A program made the translations under genes and the position numbers. From a virus (lineage: Duplodnaviria; Caudoviricetes): a stretch of DNA of 27,252 bases. Each line of letters opens with the position of its first letter. The stretch's first letter is position 1. The stretch lies in IMG/VR virus record IMGVR_UViG_3300027672_000069, positions 1 through 27,252 of that record; one strand, written 5' to 3'. Below the pieces are notes generated by a model. It was not told the DNA's origin and ran no database searches. It saw nothing but the letters and a program-made list of their open reading frames with translations. Of this stretch, positions 17,433 through 25,738 are shown piece after piece.

Positions 17433-17687
17433 TTAATCATCATAAATTCCTTGTGGATATTCACCCTCTAGTTCAAGAGGCTCTATGTTTTTGTCAAAAT
17501 ACGTTTTCCATTCGTATGCTCCGTCTAAAGAGTCAAACCAAAAGTTGTGTTCATCTATCTGTTTATCAACTTCTACTTTACACACCAGTAGATAAGCAAA
17601 ATCCTCTGGTAACTCATCTCTCTCAGGCATATCTTCACGGGATATTGGACCCTCAATAATACCCCAAACTTTAACTGCATCACTCAC
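17433..17687 (-). CDS. Acidic hypothetical protein
   Basis: 84-aa ORF overlapping the nuclease stop, co-oriented. Confidence 0.6.
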   Translation of the reverse strand: MSDAVKVWGIIEGPISREDMPERDELPEDFAYLLVCKVEVDKQIDEHNFWFDSLDGAYEWKTYFDKNIEPLELEGEYPQGIYDD

Positions 17688-18042
17688 TATCTTTACCTTT
17701 CCAGTTTTTTAACAACTCCATGTAATGATCCATACCAACAACAACAAGCCAAGGCTTTCTGTCTGATCTATAGAACACTACAGGCTCTCCTTTAGCATGG
17801 TTAGAGGCTTGCTCCAAGTACCCATACACAGTTTTAAGTCCTTCTTTTCTTCTTTTTACCTCAATAGAAAGAGGTATCTTTTTTCTAGCAGCAGGACTTA
17901 ATTGTATGTCTTCGCCTGTATCACCCATAGTTGTTGACTTGATATCATCAGGCTCAAACTCTGAAAAGGTTTCAAGTAGTTTGTCTCTTACTTCTTGTTG
18001 ACCTGTACGACCTTTAGCTTTAGCTGCACTTGTCTTAGACAT
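17680..18042 (-). CDS. PD-(D/E)xK endonuclease, putative Holliday junction resolvase
   Basis: KAKGR..QQEVRD...GEDI.LSP......SIEVK...P.VF.R.DR..W; follows the exonuclease. Confidence 0.72.
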   Translation of the reverse strand: MSKTSAAKAKGRTGQQEVRDKLLETFSEFEPDDIKSTTMGDTGEDIQLSPAARKKIPLSIEVKRRKEGLKTVYGYLEQASNHAKGEPVVFYRSDRKPWLVVVGMDHYMELLKNWKGKDSE

Positions 18043-18733
18043 AGGGTGGCTCCCATATTTCCCCTACTTCTCTTCTTAACCAAAGAAGCCTAGCATTTTC
18101 AATAACACGATCTTCGTTACCATCATATGCACTAACACAAGCATCCCACAGTTCAATCTCACTATGGCAATCAAGTAGTAGTTTCTTTGCTTTTACTGGC
18201 CCACATTTATACAGGCCAATAATGTTGTCAGCGGTGTCACCAGTAAGTATCTGAGTGTAGAAGAACTTAAGTCCTTGAGATTCTCCTACGACAGAGAAAC
18301 GCCTCTTACTCAGGTTGTAGTGAAAGCAAGGTATCTGTAGCATGTCCTTATCAATACTTGCAACAAGGGCATTCTTTCCGTAGTTAGTGGCTTCTATTGC
18401 TATCAGATCGTCTGCTTCCTCCTCACTGCTAATGATTGCATCATATCTATTGCACATATGCTCTCTAATAGCAGGTAGGTGTACTGGTTTAGCCGAATCC
18501 TTACGGTTGCCTTTGTATCTAGCTGTCTTTGCTATATCAAACCTGAAGTTCCCTTTACCTGTAAGGTAGACTTGATGATGCCCACCAGTAAAGTAATTGG
18601 AATCCTCCAAGGCCATCGTCACCAAGTCATCTGTCTTTGACAAGGCTTCAGCAACCGTAAGATCGTTAGAGGAAAACCCCGCACGATAGGCTATGATATC
18701 ACCATCAATTAGGGTTTTCCAAAGTTTTTTCAT
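18035..18733 (-). CDS. 5'-3' exonuclease (T7 gp6-like)
   Basis: LIDGDII, NFR, YKGNR, EADD, SIDKDMLQIP, GDTADNIIGL...GPVKA. Confidence 0.9.
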   Translation of the reverse strand: MKKLWKTLIDGDIIAYRAGFSSNDLTVAEALSKTDDLVTMALEDSNYFTGGHHQVYLTGKGNFRFDIAKTARYKGNRKDSAKPVHLPAIREHMCNRYDAIISSEEEADDLIAIEATNYGKNALVASIDKDMLQIPCFHYNLSKRRFSVVGESQGLKFFYTQILTGDTADNIIGLYKCGPVKAKKLLLDCHSEIELWDACVSAYDGNEDRVIENARLLWLRREVGEIWEPPYV

Positions 18734-19278
18734 TAGAAGGGAATTTCATCCTCTAATACTTTGCTCGGCTTTGCAGCTTTATCAGGGGGTGGGCTACTCA
18801 CAGACTCATAGATAGGGATGCCAGAACTACCAGTGTGTTCTACATGGTCATGAACATCAATACGATCTAGTCGGCTACCAACAGTACCGTACTTAGTGTC
18901 ATAGACTGACAGGTACACATCAGCAATAGTACCATTACCTAGCTCACCATCTTCAAACATCCAAGGCTTGTTGCTGTTAGCCTTGTAGATTTCCGGTGCG
19001 CCACTGCTAAAGCTATGACCACTGTTGAACTTACGGTCAACTTTAGTCACCATTCCTCGTCCCTCTGAGTCAGACTTGAATGCACGGGGAAAGCCAGTAG
19101 CTTTTAGAAGCTCTGTATTCTCGTTATCAAGAATGATATTAACAGTGCAAGCACCATCATACTGCTCGTAGGTTCCCGGAACTGCGTCCGTAGCTTTGTA
19201 ACCTACCTTGTCACGATTCTCTTTGAACACTTTTGCCCACTCAAGAACTGCTCTTAACTTAACTCCACGTTGTGCCAT
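18733..19278 (-). CDS. Single-stranded DNA-binding protein (T7 gp2.5-like)
   Basis: WAKVF..., LGNGT, acidic aromatic tail EDEIPF; lies between PolA and exonuclease; perfect AAGGAGG RBS. Confidence 0.75.
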   Translation of the reverse strand: MAQRGVKLRAVLEWAKVFKENRDKVGYKATDAVPGTYEQYDGACTVNIILDNENTELLKATGFPRAFKSDSEGRGMVTKVDRKFNSGHSFSSGAPEIYKANSNKPWMFEDGELGNGTIADVYLSVYDTKYGTVGSRLDRIDVHDHVEHTGSSGIPIYESVSSPPPDKAAKPSKVLEDEIPF

Positions 19279-19290
19279 CTTTGGCCTCCT

Positions 19291-21135
19291 TTAATGTATG
19301 TCGGCATAGGTAGCGCCGTACTGCACATCTATACCAAGGTCTACGTTTAGTTGCAAGTGCCTATTTAACATTTTTATTGCATCTTGCAAAGTTTCTGTGT
19401 GTAAGTCTTCGTCTCCTTTTTTAACCACATTTATTGTCTCGTCATGAAACTGTCCAATCAGGTTAGGTCTTTCTGATCTATAGTTATAGACCCACCTGTC
19501 AAAACAGTATGCTCCTGTACTCTGGTTAAGAGTAGAGAACACATCCTTCTTAAAGCGTAACGTATGCCAGAACTTACTGACAGGGTTCTGCACCCACATC
19601 TGACTAGCAATACTTCTTACTTGCTGATCGTCTACAAACTCTGTTACTGCTTTGTTTCGTTCCCAATAAGCCTTAAGCAAACTTGCTGCTTGGCCCACAG
19701 ACATACCAGTCTCTCTGGAAAGTTTAGGCGCACCAACACCATAGGTAGCAGAATAGTTTACCACCTTATAGTTTTTACGTAGTGCTTTTAAACTCTTCTC
19801 CCCACTGTTATGCATGTCTATTTGTTTCTGAGTAATGGCGCCAGAATGTAACGCCAGATCAAGGTGAGGGTCAAAACCATCTCTGCTCATTTCTTTAACA
19901 TAGTCGGGGTCATAGGGCTGCATGTAGTGTCTCTTAGTTGTGTCTTCAAGGGAAGTCATGTCAGCACCACAAAGTACATGGTCGTTGTCAGGAGCAAGAA
20001 GACAGCCTCTTACTTCCTTACCCCAAGGCTTATCAACTCCCGGAAGATTCACCAGAGGCTTGCTGTGCTTGAAGCGTAGGGTGTTAGTAAGCCCTGCTAT
20101 CTCTGCCTTAACGTAACCATCAACCTGACACTCTAAGAAGCCCTTGAAGATAGCAAGTCTGTGTTGAATAACAGTAAGCCCATCAAGTACACCTACCGCC
20201 TTATCCTGCCCCATAAGTAGTCGTACAGAGCTAGTAAGCTCACCATCTTTACGGACTTGAGGTATTCTTCTTTCTGATCCATCTTCTTCTTTCACGTACT
20301 TGTGTGTGCAGGGTTCCCATCCCATAGAATACAGCCAGTCTTTGACTTGATCGGAGGATTTAGGATTAGCAGGTTCAACACCTTTTACTACCTTTATCTC
20401 CCCCTCATATCCCTTGGGCATACCATACTCTTCAAGTAGAGCATCCCACTTGTGTCCTAGTTTAGATATTGTGCCATCCTCTTTGGTATACTTCTTAGGC
20501 TTACCTGCTACCTTGTACAGCTTGTTCATAGGCATAACATCAACCAGTTCTGCTATCTTCTGATCTTGCTGCGCTGTAAGGTCTGCCACACACTTTTCTG
20601 TTAGGTCAACGTCAAGCTTCCATCCACGCTGTTCTGCTGCTGCTGCACACTTCATCTTGTATGACAGGTATTGCAGGTACTTCTTTAGAAGAGGCTTGTC
20701 TTGTTCGTACACTCTTCTAAACTTAAAGATTAAGTCTTCCCATAAGTGGTAGTTGATCTTAACATCTTCTTCACACCTATGAGCATACTCCTCCTGAGTC
20801 AGACCTTCCCAATCCTCAATCACAGGTTTAGGTATTTCAAAGTCATCACCAAAACTTGCAAGGCCATGCTTGGGTCTGTCAGTGTTCATTACCCAAGACA
20901 TAGGTAGGGTGTCATAGTAGTCGCAGTCAAGTTCTATCTCTAGTAACCTTTCAAGCACAGGAACATCATACCTAATAATGTTATGCCCAACTATATGATT
21001 CTGTTTAGCCAGTAGGTTGCGCATGTCATCATAGTCAAACAATGTTTTTACGTCTAAGATATCTGGGTGGGTGTAGGAGAGGCAGTGTATCTTTGTTGGG
21101 TTTAAACCATCTGTCTCTATGTCAAATATTATCAT
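19291..21135 (-). CDS. polA: Family A DNA polymerase with 3'-5' exonuclease (T7-like)
   Basis: Exo DIETDG, GHNII.YD, RCEEDV; motif A ADMTSLE, motif B R...KVVNY...YG, motif C FHDE. Confidence 0.95.
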   Translation of the reverse strand: MIIFDIETDGLNPTKIHCLSYTHPDILDVKTLFDYDDMRNLLAKQNHIVGHNIIRYDVPVLERLLEIELDCDYYDTLPMSWVMNTDRPKHGLASFGDDFEIPKPVIEDWEGLTQEEYAHRCEEDVKINYHLWEDLIFKFRRVYEQDKPLLKKYLQYLSYKMKCAAAAEQRGWKLDVDLTEKCVADLTAQQDQKIAELVDVMPMNKLYKVAGKPKKYTKEDGTISKLGHKWDALLEEYGMPKGYEGEIKVVKGVEPANPKSSDQVKDWLYSMGWEPCTHKYVKEEDGSERRIPQVRKDGELTSSVRLLMGQDKAVGVLDGLTVIQHRLAIFKGFLECQVDGYVKAEIAGLTNTLRFKHSKPLVNLPGVDKPWGKEVRGCLLAPDNDHVLCGADMTSLEDTTKRHYMQPYDPDYVKEMSRDGFDPHLDLALHSGAITQKQIDMHNSGEKSLKALRKNYKVVNYSATYGVGAPKLSRETGMSVGQAASLLKAYWERNKAVTEFVDDQQVRSIASQMWVQNPVSKFWHTLRFKKDVFSTLNQSTGAYCFDRWVYNYRSERPNLIGQFHDETINVVKKGDEDLHTETLQDAIKMLNRHLQLNVDLGIDVQYGATYADIH

Positions 21136-22706
21136 GTACCCTCCGTTAGTATGGTTGTATCAGGATCGTAATAGACTGACCCTGCATGACCTAATTTAGC
21201 AAACGGTCTGTTTTTGTCAAGTATAAAGTTAGTAGTGTTCTGTAATACTTCATCATCAGTATCAGTGTCACGCTCAATCTTGATACAGATGATTGCTTCT
21301 TCTTCTAGTGATGCAGCATACTTGGTACGTCCATCGTCATTAACCTGAGAGATAAAGATCACACCAATATTCAACTCCTTAGCAAGCTGTGCTGCACGTG
21401 ATCCCAATGTGGTTAGAGTACTGGTAGCACCATCAACCCCTGTGTTAGACAGGTAGGCAAGACGTTGTACGTGGTCAATAAAGATATACCCAGCGCCATA
21501 CACGGTAGCAGCAAGACGGATATACTCAAGCAGCTTGAGGGGATCATCATGTGATCTCATCTCAAACACAATGGTACGTTCACCCTTAGTTGCTAACTTA
21601 GCTGCTTCTACTACCTTATCCTCAGAGATACTGTTCTCCACTGCGTCATCCTTAGTACGGACGTTCAGCCCTAGGTGATAGGTAGCCATAGCACGATAGG
21701 TAGTAGACTTCATTTCTTCCATGTGTAGTAGGGCAATACGCACGTCAGGTGTCTTGAGTAGACCTGTCTCAAAGTAACGGATCACCTCAGTCTTACCAGT
21801 ACCACGTGGTGCTTTGATAAACGTGATGCCGCCCTTAACCAAGCCTCTAGTCTTCTCATCAAGCCCTGTGTGTCCTGTTGGTACGTACTCATAGGGGTTC
21901 TCATTACGGATTGCTGCTTCTACTTCCTCATCAGAACAGAAGAAGTTATCAGGTGAGTAACGCTGTGGCTTGAGTGCAGCCCACTTAAGATCATCCGTAT
22001 CACCACTGGTTAAGAAGTCATTGGCATCCTTATGCTTAGACATGGGTACATACCAGAACTTGTCTGCTAATGCCTCATATAGTTTGTCAGCAGCACGTCT
22101 ACCTGCGTCATCTAACTCACCAGCATACACCACTTCCTTGAAGGAGTTGAGGTAGGCATGGTTAGCCTTAATAAACTTCTCCCCGATAGATGCGCTGGGC
22201 AAGGACTTGACGGGCCACTTCTGACCAAGGATTTGATAGAGAGAAGCAGCATCAAACTCTCCCTCAGTGATATAGATACGTGTAGCAGAGCCAGAATTAA
22301 ACTCAGGGCCAAAGAGTTTAGCCATGCCTACGCCTCTGTCCTTTACCCAAGACTTGGACTTGTCATTGTAGTCACGGTACTTGACCGTGTGTGGGTACTT
22401 GTATGCGTACCTCACTGGAACCTCACCATCCCCTGTCTGTATCTGAATGCCATAGAGCTGACACACACCCTCATCCAAGCCACGTATGCCTTTGTAAGTA
22501 ACACCTGTTACTGGTATGTCCATAGGTTTAACCTTTTCTACTACTGGATAGTCTTCTTTCGCCCAATCAAACACTCTTGTTCCTCTCCTTGCTGGGTATG
22601 ATTCCCCGCAGCTATGACAGAATCCATAGCCACCATCATTCCAATTAAATGCGTCACTTGATCCACAGTCCTCAAAGGGACACGCTAGGTGTGGATTGTC
22701 AGCCAT
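21132..22706 (-). CDS. DNA primase-helicase (T7 gp4-like)
   Basis: Zn finger CP..DC.SSDA...CHSC, TOPRIM ITEGEFDA and KDAND, Walker A APRGTGKT, IDH, ISQ, KNR. Confidence 0.93.
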   Translation of the reverse strand: MADNPHLACPFEDCGSSDAFNWNDGGYGFCHSCGESYPARRGTRVFDWAKEDYPVVEKVKPMDIPVTGVTYKGIRGLDEGVCQLYGIQIQTGDGEVPVRYAYKYPHTVKYRDYNDKSKSWVKDRGVGMAKLFGPEFNSGSATRIYITEGEFDAASLYQILGQKWPVKSLPSASIGEKFIKANHAYLNSFKEVVYAGELDDAGRRAADKLYEALADKFWYVPMSKHKDANDFLTSGDTDDLKWAALKPQRYSPDNFFCSDEEVEAAIRNENPYEYVPTGHTGLDEKTRGLVKGGITFIKAPRGTGKTEVIRYFETGLLKTPDVRIALLHMEEMKSTTYRAMATYHLGLNVRTKDDAVENSISEDKVVEAAKLATKGERTIVFEMRSHDDPLKLLEYIRLAATVYGAGYIFIDHVQRLAYLSNTGVDGATSTLTTLGSRAAQLAKELNIGVIFISQVNDDGRTKYAASLEEEAIICIKIERDTDTDDEVLQNTTNFILDKNRPFAKLGHAGSVYYDPDTTILTEGT

Positions 22707-23397
22707 CTGTCAGTGCCTCCCACGATAAAGGAAATAGATTACTCATTGCCTGAAATATACATTGTGCGGCGAGTGTTGTCTCAAGCTGTGTATCTTCTTT
22801 GCACCGTAGATTGCACATATCAGCAAAGGCGTCAAGTGACCCAGACCAATACCATTCAGTCATGGTGCTTTGTGGTAGCATCATACGTGCTTGCTCTGGG
22901 CATAAACCAAGGTCAATTAAGTAAGTGTAGCTATCGTCAACTAAGTCAAGTATTTCTTCATACAGTTCATTAGGGTCAACAACTTTTTCCTTAGTATCAT
23001 ATACACGAACTGCTTTAAATACACCGTCACTGCCCTGTTTCTTATCAGTACTACGTCCACGCCATACATCAGGCATATAGAACTCAGGGTCATCATCCAC
23101 ATACCTACGACTGATCTCATTCCAACGTAAGAACTTATGCTTGACCAACTGCCTAGCTACAAAGATGGGCGCCTTGACATGGAACGAAGCAAAGGCGTGA
23201 CCAAAGGGTGACATATGTTTGTGCTTAGCTAGGTACTTGATTAGCCTCTTATCTTGGTCATGTAGGATAGGGGTCATATGTCCACCCTCTACACCTGATG
23301 TACCCAATGCCTCACTCTTTTTACCAAAGGATACACGGGCTGCATTAACTACAGACAGGTCACTACCCATGTGGTCTACGTATGTTGCTTTAATCAT
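22699..23397 (-). CDS. thyX: Flavin-dependent thymidylate synthase
   Basis: MGSDLSVVNAARVSF, H.SPF.H, PIFVARQL.KH....NEISRRY, EQARM.LPQ, LR....TQ.E. Confidence 0.93.
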   Translation of the reverse strand: MIKATYVDHMGSDLSVVNAARVSFGKKSEALGTSGVEGGHMTPILHDQDKRLIKYLAKHKHMSPFGHAFASFHVKAPIFVARQLVKHKFLRWNEISRRYVDDDPEFYMPDVWRGRSTDKKQGSDGVFKAVRVYDTKEKVVDPNELYEEILDLVDDSYTYLIDLGLCPEQARMMLPQSTMTEWYWSGSLDAFADMCNLRCKEDTQLETTLAAQCIFQAMSNLFPLSWEALTDG

Positions 23398-23581
23398 TTA
23401 CTTCACCTATTTCTTTAACTGAGACTTGAGTGCATACAAGACCTCCATTTTTTATGTGTCTCCAAAGTATAGAGTTTAGGGCATTAGTGGGTTTAGTCTC
23501 CCACAAAGTCCTGCCCCATTTATTTGAGACCATTTTACCTGTGTCTATCTCTTTTATGGCCCACATGTTTTGATTAATCAT
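23390..23581 (-). CDS. Hypothetical protein
   Basis: Track ORF starts at TTG 23593; ATG 23581 after GGGGA is the more likely start. Confidence 0.55.
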   Translation of the reverse strand: MINQNMWAIKEIDTGKMVSNKWGRTLWETKPTNALNSILWRHIKNGGLVCTQVSVKEIGEVND

Positions 23582-23595
23582 CTTAATCCCCAAGT

Positions 23596-23814
23596 TTATA
23601 ATATACTGTGTAGTTCCGCAGGGCGTGTTGGACTTCCTATTTTTTCTCCTGTGTCTGCCAAATATGTACGGGCTATCTCTGAGTAAAACAAAGAAAGTTC
23701 CTGTATCATGTTATCGTCACCCTCTGTATTTAGTATTTCATGCAGCCGGGAATATACATATTTAGTTGCCACCTCACTGTCCTGCCAGCCAGTAGTGTAA
23801 TCTTTAGACGCCAT
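23596..23814 (-). CDS. Hypothetical protein
   Basis: 72-aa ORF with GGAG RBS, tightly packed. Confidence 0.6.
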   Translation of the reverse strand: MASKDYTTGWQDSEVATKYVYSRLHEILNTEGDDNMIQELSLFYSEIARTYLADTGEKIGSPTRPAELHSIL

Positions 23815-23816
23815 TA

Positions 23817-24017
23817 CTATTCTCCCATGTTAGTTGGTGCATACTGCTCACCATTATATGCAGGGTAGGCGTCATCCTCAACACCAGCATTACAACCAAA
23901 GACTACAAGGCCAAGGACTATGCAAGACCAGATCGTACCCTTCTTCATCCAGTACATGAAGCCATCAAAGGCTTGCTCTGCCTGTACCTGTGCTGCTGCT
24001 TTTACCTCATAACTCAT
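23817..24017 (-). CDS. Small single-TM protein resembling aa3-type cytochrome c oxidase subunit IV
   Basis: Start revised to ATG 24017 (ATGA overlap with the upstream ORF, GGGGG before it). QAEQAFDGFMYWMKKGTIWSCIVLGLVVF resembles the subunit IV pattern; the ORF is well supported, the function is tentative. Confidence 0.5.
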   Translation of the reverse strand: MSYEVKAAAQVQAEQAFDGFMYWMKKGTIWSCIVLGLVVFGCNAGVEDDAYPAYNGEQYAPTNMGE

Positions 24018-24178
24018 ACCCCCGTTCCCATCCAAAGCTTTAACTCAGCCTTAGCTTTATGCAACTCACCCTGAAGCTCAACCTTACGAGCCTCAAGCGT
24101 CTTTGCTTGTGTCTCCCAATACTCTACATCACTCTTGAGTGTGCCTATCTCTTTTAAAAGGTCTTCTCTAGCTTTCAT
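24014..24178 (-). CDS. 54-aa coiled-coil protein, not in the ORF track
   Basis: Hand translation MKAREDLLKEIGTLKSDVEYWETQAKTLEARKVELQGELHKAKAELKLWMGTGV*; AGGGG RBS. Confidence 0.65.
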   Translation of the reverse strand: MKAREDLLKEIGTLKSDVEYWETQAKTLEARKVELQGELHKAKAELKLWMGTGV

Positions 24179-24187
24179 AATACACCC

Positions 24188-24262
24188 CTATGTCACACTA
24201 AAAATAAAGATGGCTAAAAGAACCACCTCTAATACTAAGTTGTCTGTTAGGATATCAGTCAT
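24188..24262 (-). CDS. 24-aa hydrophobic peptide, not in the ORF track
   Basis: MTDILTDNLVLEVVLLAIFIFSVT*; AGGAG RBS, start overlaps the upstream stop. Confidence 0.45.
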   Translation of the reverse strand: MTDILTDNLVLEVVLLAIFIFSVT

Positions 24263-24485
24263 CTTTTTCTCCTGTTGCTACGTCTACAATTTTCTGTAAA
24301 TCAAAGATAGCTTCATCATACTGACCACGTTTATATTTTACTCCTGTAATATCACTGGCCTTTTTTAACAGTTTGGTCTTAGTCATACCTTTACTGGGAC
24401 TCATCCCTACCTTCACCATTTTTAGGTGTGCTTTAAGGAATGCAGCTTGAACATGGTCACTTGCTGGGTTTAAAATAATAGTCAT
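24255..24485 (-). CDS. Basic hypothetical protein
   Basis: 76 aa, AGGAG RBS, ATGA overlap with the recombinase stop. Confidence 0.65.
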   Translation of the reverse strand: MTIILNPASDHVQAAFLKAHLKMVKVGMSPSKGMTKTKLLKKASDITGVKYKRGQYDEAIFDLQKIVDVATGEKDD

Positions 24486-25411
24486 CTTTTTCTCCTACTG
24501 AGAGCTGCTGTTGCAGTCTCTAAATTATGTTTATTATAAGGATTTAGGCTTGCTACATTTTTATGCCCTGTAGCTGACATGATCTGTAAACTGTCTGCTC
24601 CTCCCTTTATCATCTCAACAATAGCAGTCTTCCGTAAGTCACCAGCCTTAAGCTCGTCGGGCAACCCTGCTGCTTCTTTTACTTGATTGACTAGGATACC
24701 TACCTGACCACACGTGTATGGCCTGTAAGCCCTGTCCTGCTTCCTGTAGTGGGGTACTGCGTATGGCTGAAAGCCCCAATGAAGCTGCTGCTCTGTTAGC
24801 ATCTCTTTCATCTGATCGTCAATAGGTAACTCTACCTCCGCACCACGCTTAGTCTGTTTGATCTTAGTGGTACGGTTATCTAAGTCTATGTTGTCCCACT
24901 CCAAGTTGCGTATGTCCACAGGTCTCTGCCCCCATTCATATGCCAGCATAACAAGTAGACCTATGTTTCTCCACTTAAAGTCAGAGAATGCTGTATCAAG
25001 GAAAGACACCACCTGACTGTTAGTCCACACCACTGACCTTACTTCTGTTGTCCTCTTATGAACTTTAGACATTGGGTTGCGGTGTAGTAAGTCCAGACCC
25101 ACACACATATTTAGCAGCATAGAAAAGATGCGGGACATTTCATTGGCATGACTAACACTAACATCTTCAGCCCAGTCATTATACATCGTGTCGCACATCT
25201 GGGGGGTAAGTCTGTCTAACTTTACTCCCCCAACCTTCTTTGCTCCTACGTAACCAGAAAACAATCTGGTCAGGCAGTAGTGGTACGTCCTGTGTGTATT
25301 ACGGGACAGGTCTCGGAACCTTGGGGTGTTAAAGTAGTAGGTAACTACTTCTTCTATTGTAGAGGTAGAATCTAAACCTACCCCTACCTTTCTACTTCTC
25401 TTTGGTCTCAT
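24482..25411 (-). CDS. int: Tyrosine recombinase / integrase
   Basis: Core-binding region ending in NPM, then WGQRP.DI (R), QTKRG (K), GDLRKT (R), TGHK (H), LNPY (Y); GAGG RBS. Confidence 0.88.
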   Translation of the reverse strand: MRPKRSRKVGVGLDSTSTIEEVVTYYFNTPRFRDLSRNTHRTYHYCLTRLFSGYVGAKKVGGVKLDRLTPQMCDTMYNDWAEDVSVSHANEMSRIFSMLLNMCVGLDLLHRNPMSKVHKRTTEVRSVVWTNSQVVSFLDTAFSDFKWRNIGLLVMLAYEWGQRPVDIRNLEWDNIDLDNRTTKIKQTKRGAEVELPIDDQMKEMLTEQQLHWGFQPYAVPHYRKQDRAYRPYTCGQVGILVNQVKEAAGLPDELKAGDLRKTAIVEMIKGGADSLQIMSATGHKNVASLNPYNKHNLETATAALSRRKR

Positions 25412-25553
25412 GTAACCTCACTACTATAAGTAATACTTAAAGTTTTTACTTACTACGTTTCTCCTAAAGTAATAGTATTTTAGGATACTTTAAGTAATTA
25501 TACACCTTCTATTCCCTATAGAAAGGGCTGTCAAGGGGGTGTTGCAATATTAA
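25412..25553. promoter_or_regulatory. AT-rich intergenic control region with palindromes and a candidate promoter for the recombinase operon
   Basis: TAAGTA-A-TACTTA palindrome 25427-25439; 10-bp inverted repeat 25434-25443/25487-25496; TCCTAAA/TTTAGGA stem 25462-25485; minus strand TTGACA (25529-25534) with TAGAAG 17 nt and TATAAT 26 nt downstream. Confidence 0.5.
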
Positions 25554-25738
25554 TTACATCAACCTTTCATATTCTAACAGTACCCACACACCACCTATGG
25601 GCAGGTTAAGGGTTTCTTTTTCTTCAAGAGAAAATAGTGATCTGGTATTGTCACACCACCCATCAGTATTTGACCAGAATAGCTTATTGTTTTCGGTGGA
25701 TTGAATATAATATTCCATTACATTAACCTTTCATACTC
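25553..25738 (+). repeat. 22-bp direct repeat (25553-25574 and 25717-25738, two mismatches) flanking the 54-aa gene
   Basis: ATTACATCAACCTTTCATATTC versus ATTACATTAACCTTTCATACTC. Confidence 0.85.
25554..25718 (-). CDS. 54-aa hypothetical protein, not in the ORF track
   Basis: Hand translation MEYYIQSTENNKLFWSNTDGWCDNTRSLFSLEEKETLNLPIGGVWVLLEYERLM*; TAATG coupling to the upstream gene. Confidence 0.7.
   Translation of the reverse strand: MEYYIQSTENNKLFWSNTDGWCDNTRSLFSLEEKETLNLPIGGVWVLLEYERLM

Noticed and set aside
19291-21135. HMO-2011-type assignment suggested by the integrase
   Set aside because: The polymerase lacks the CxxCxGxG DnaJ-like insertion characteristic of that group.
14598-21135. 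Introns or inteins in RNR or PolA
   Set aside because: Both are continuous and compact, with no intein-like termini or extra length.
17199-25718. Three unannotated ORFs all 54 aa long
   Set aside because: No sequence similarity among them; they fall just below the track's apparent 60-aa cutoff, so likely coincidence.
24180-25720. tRNA gene or tRNA-derived attP near the recombinase
   Set aside because: No T-loop GTTCRA motif with a cloverleaf or acceptor stem was seen by eye.
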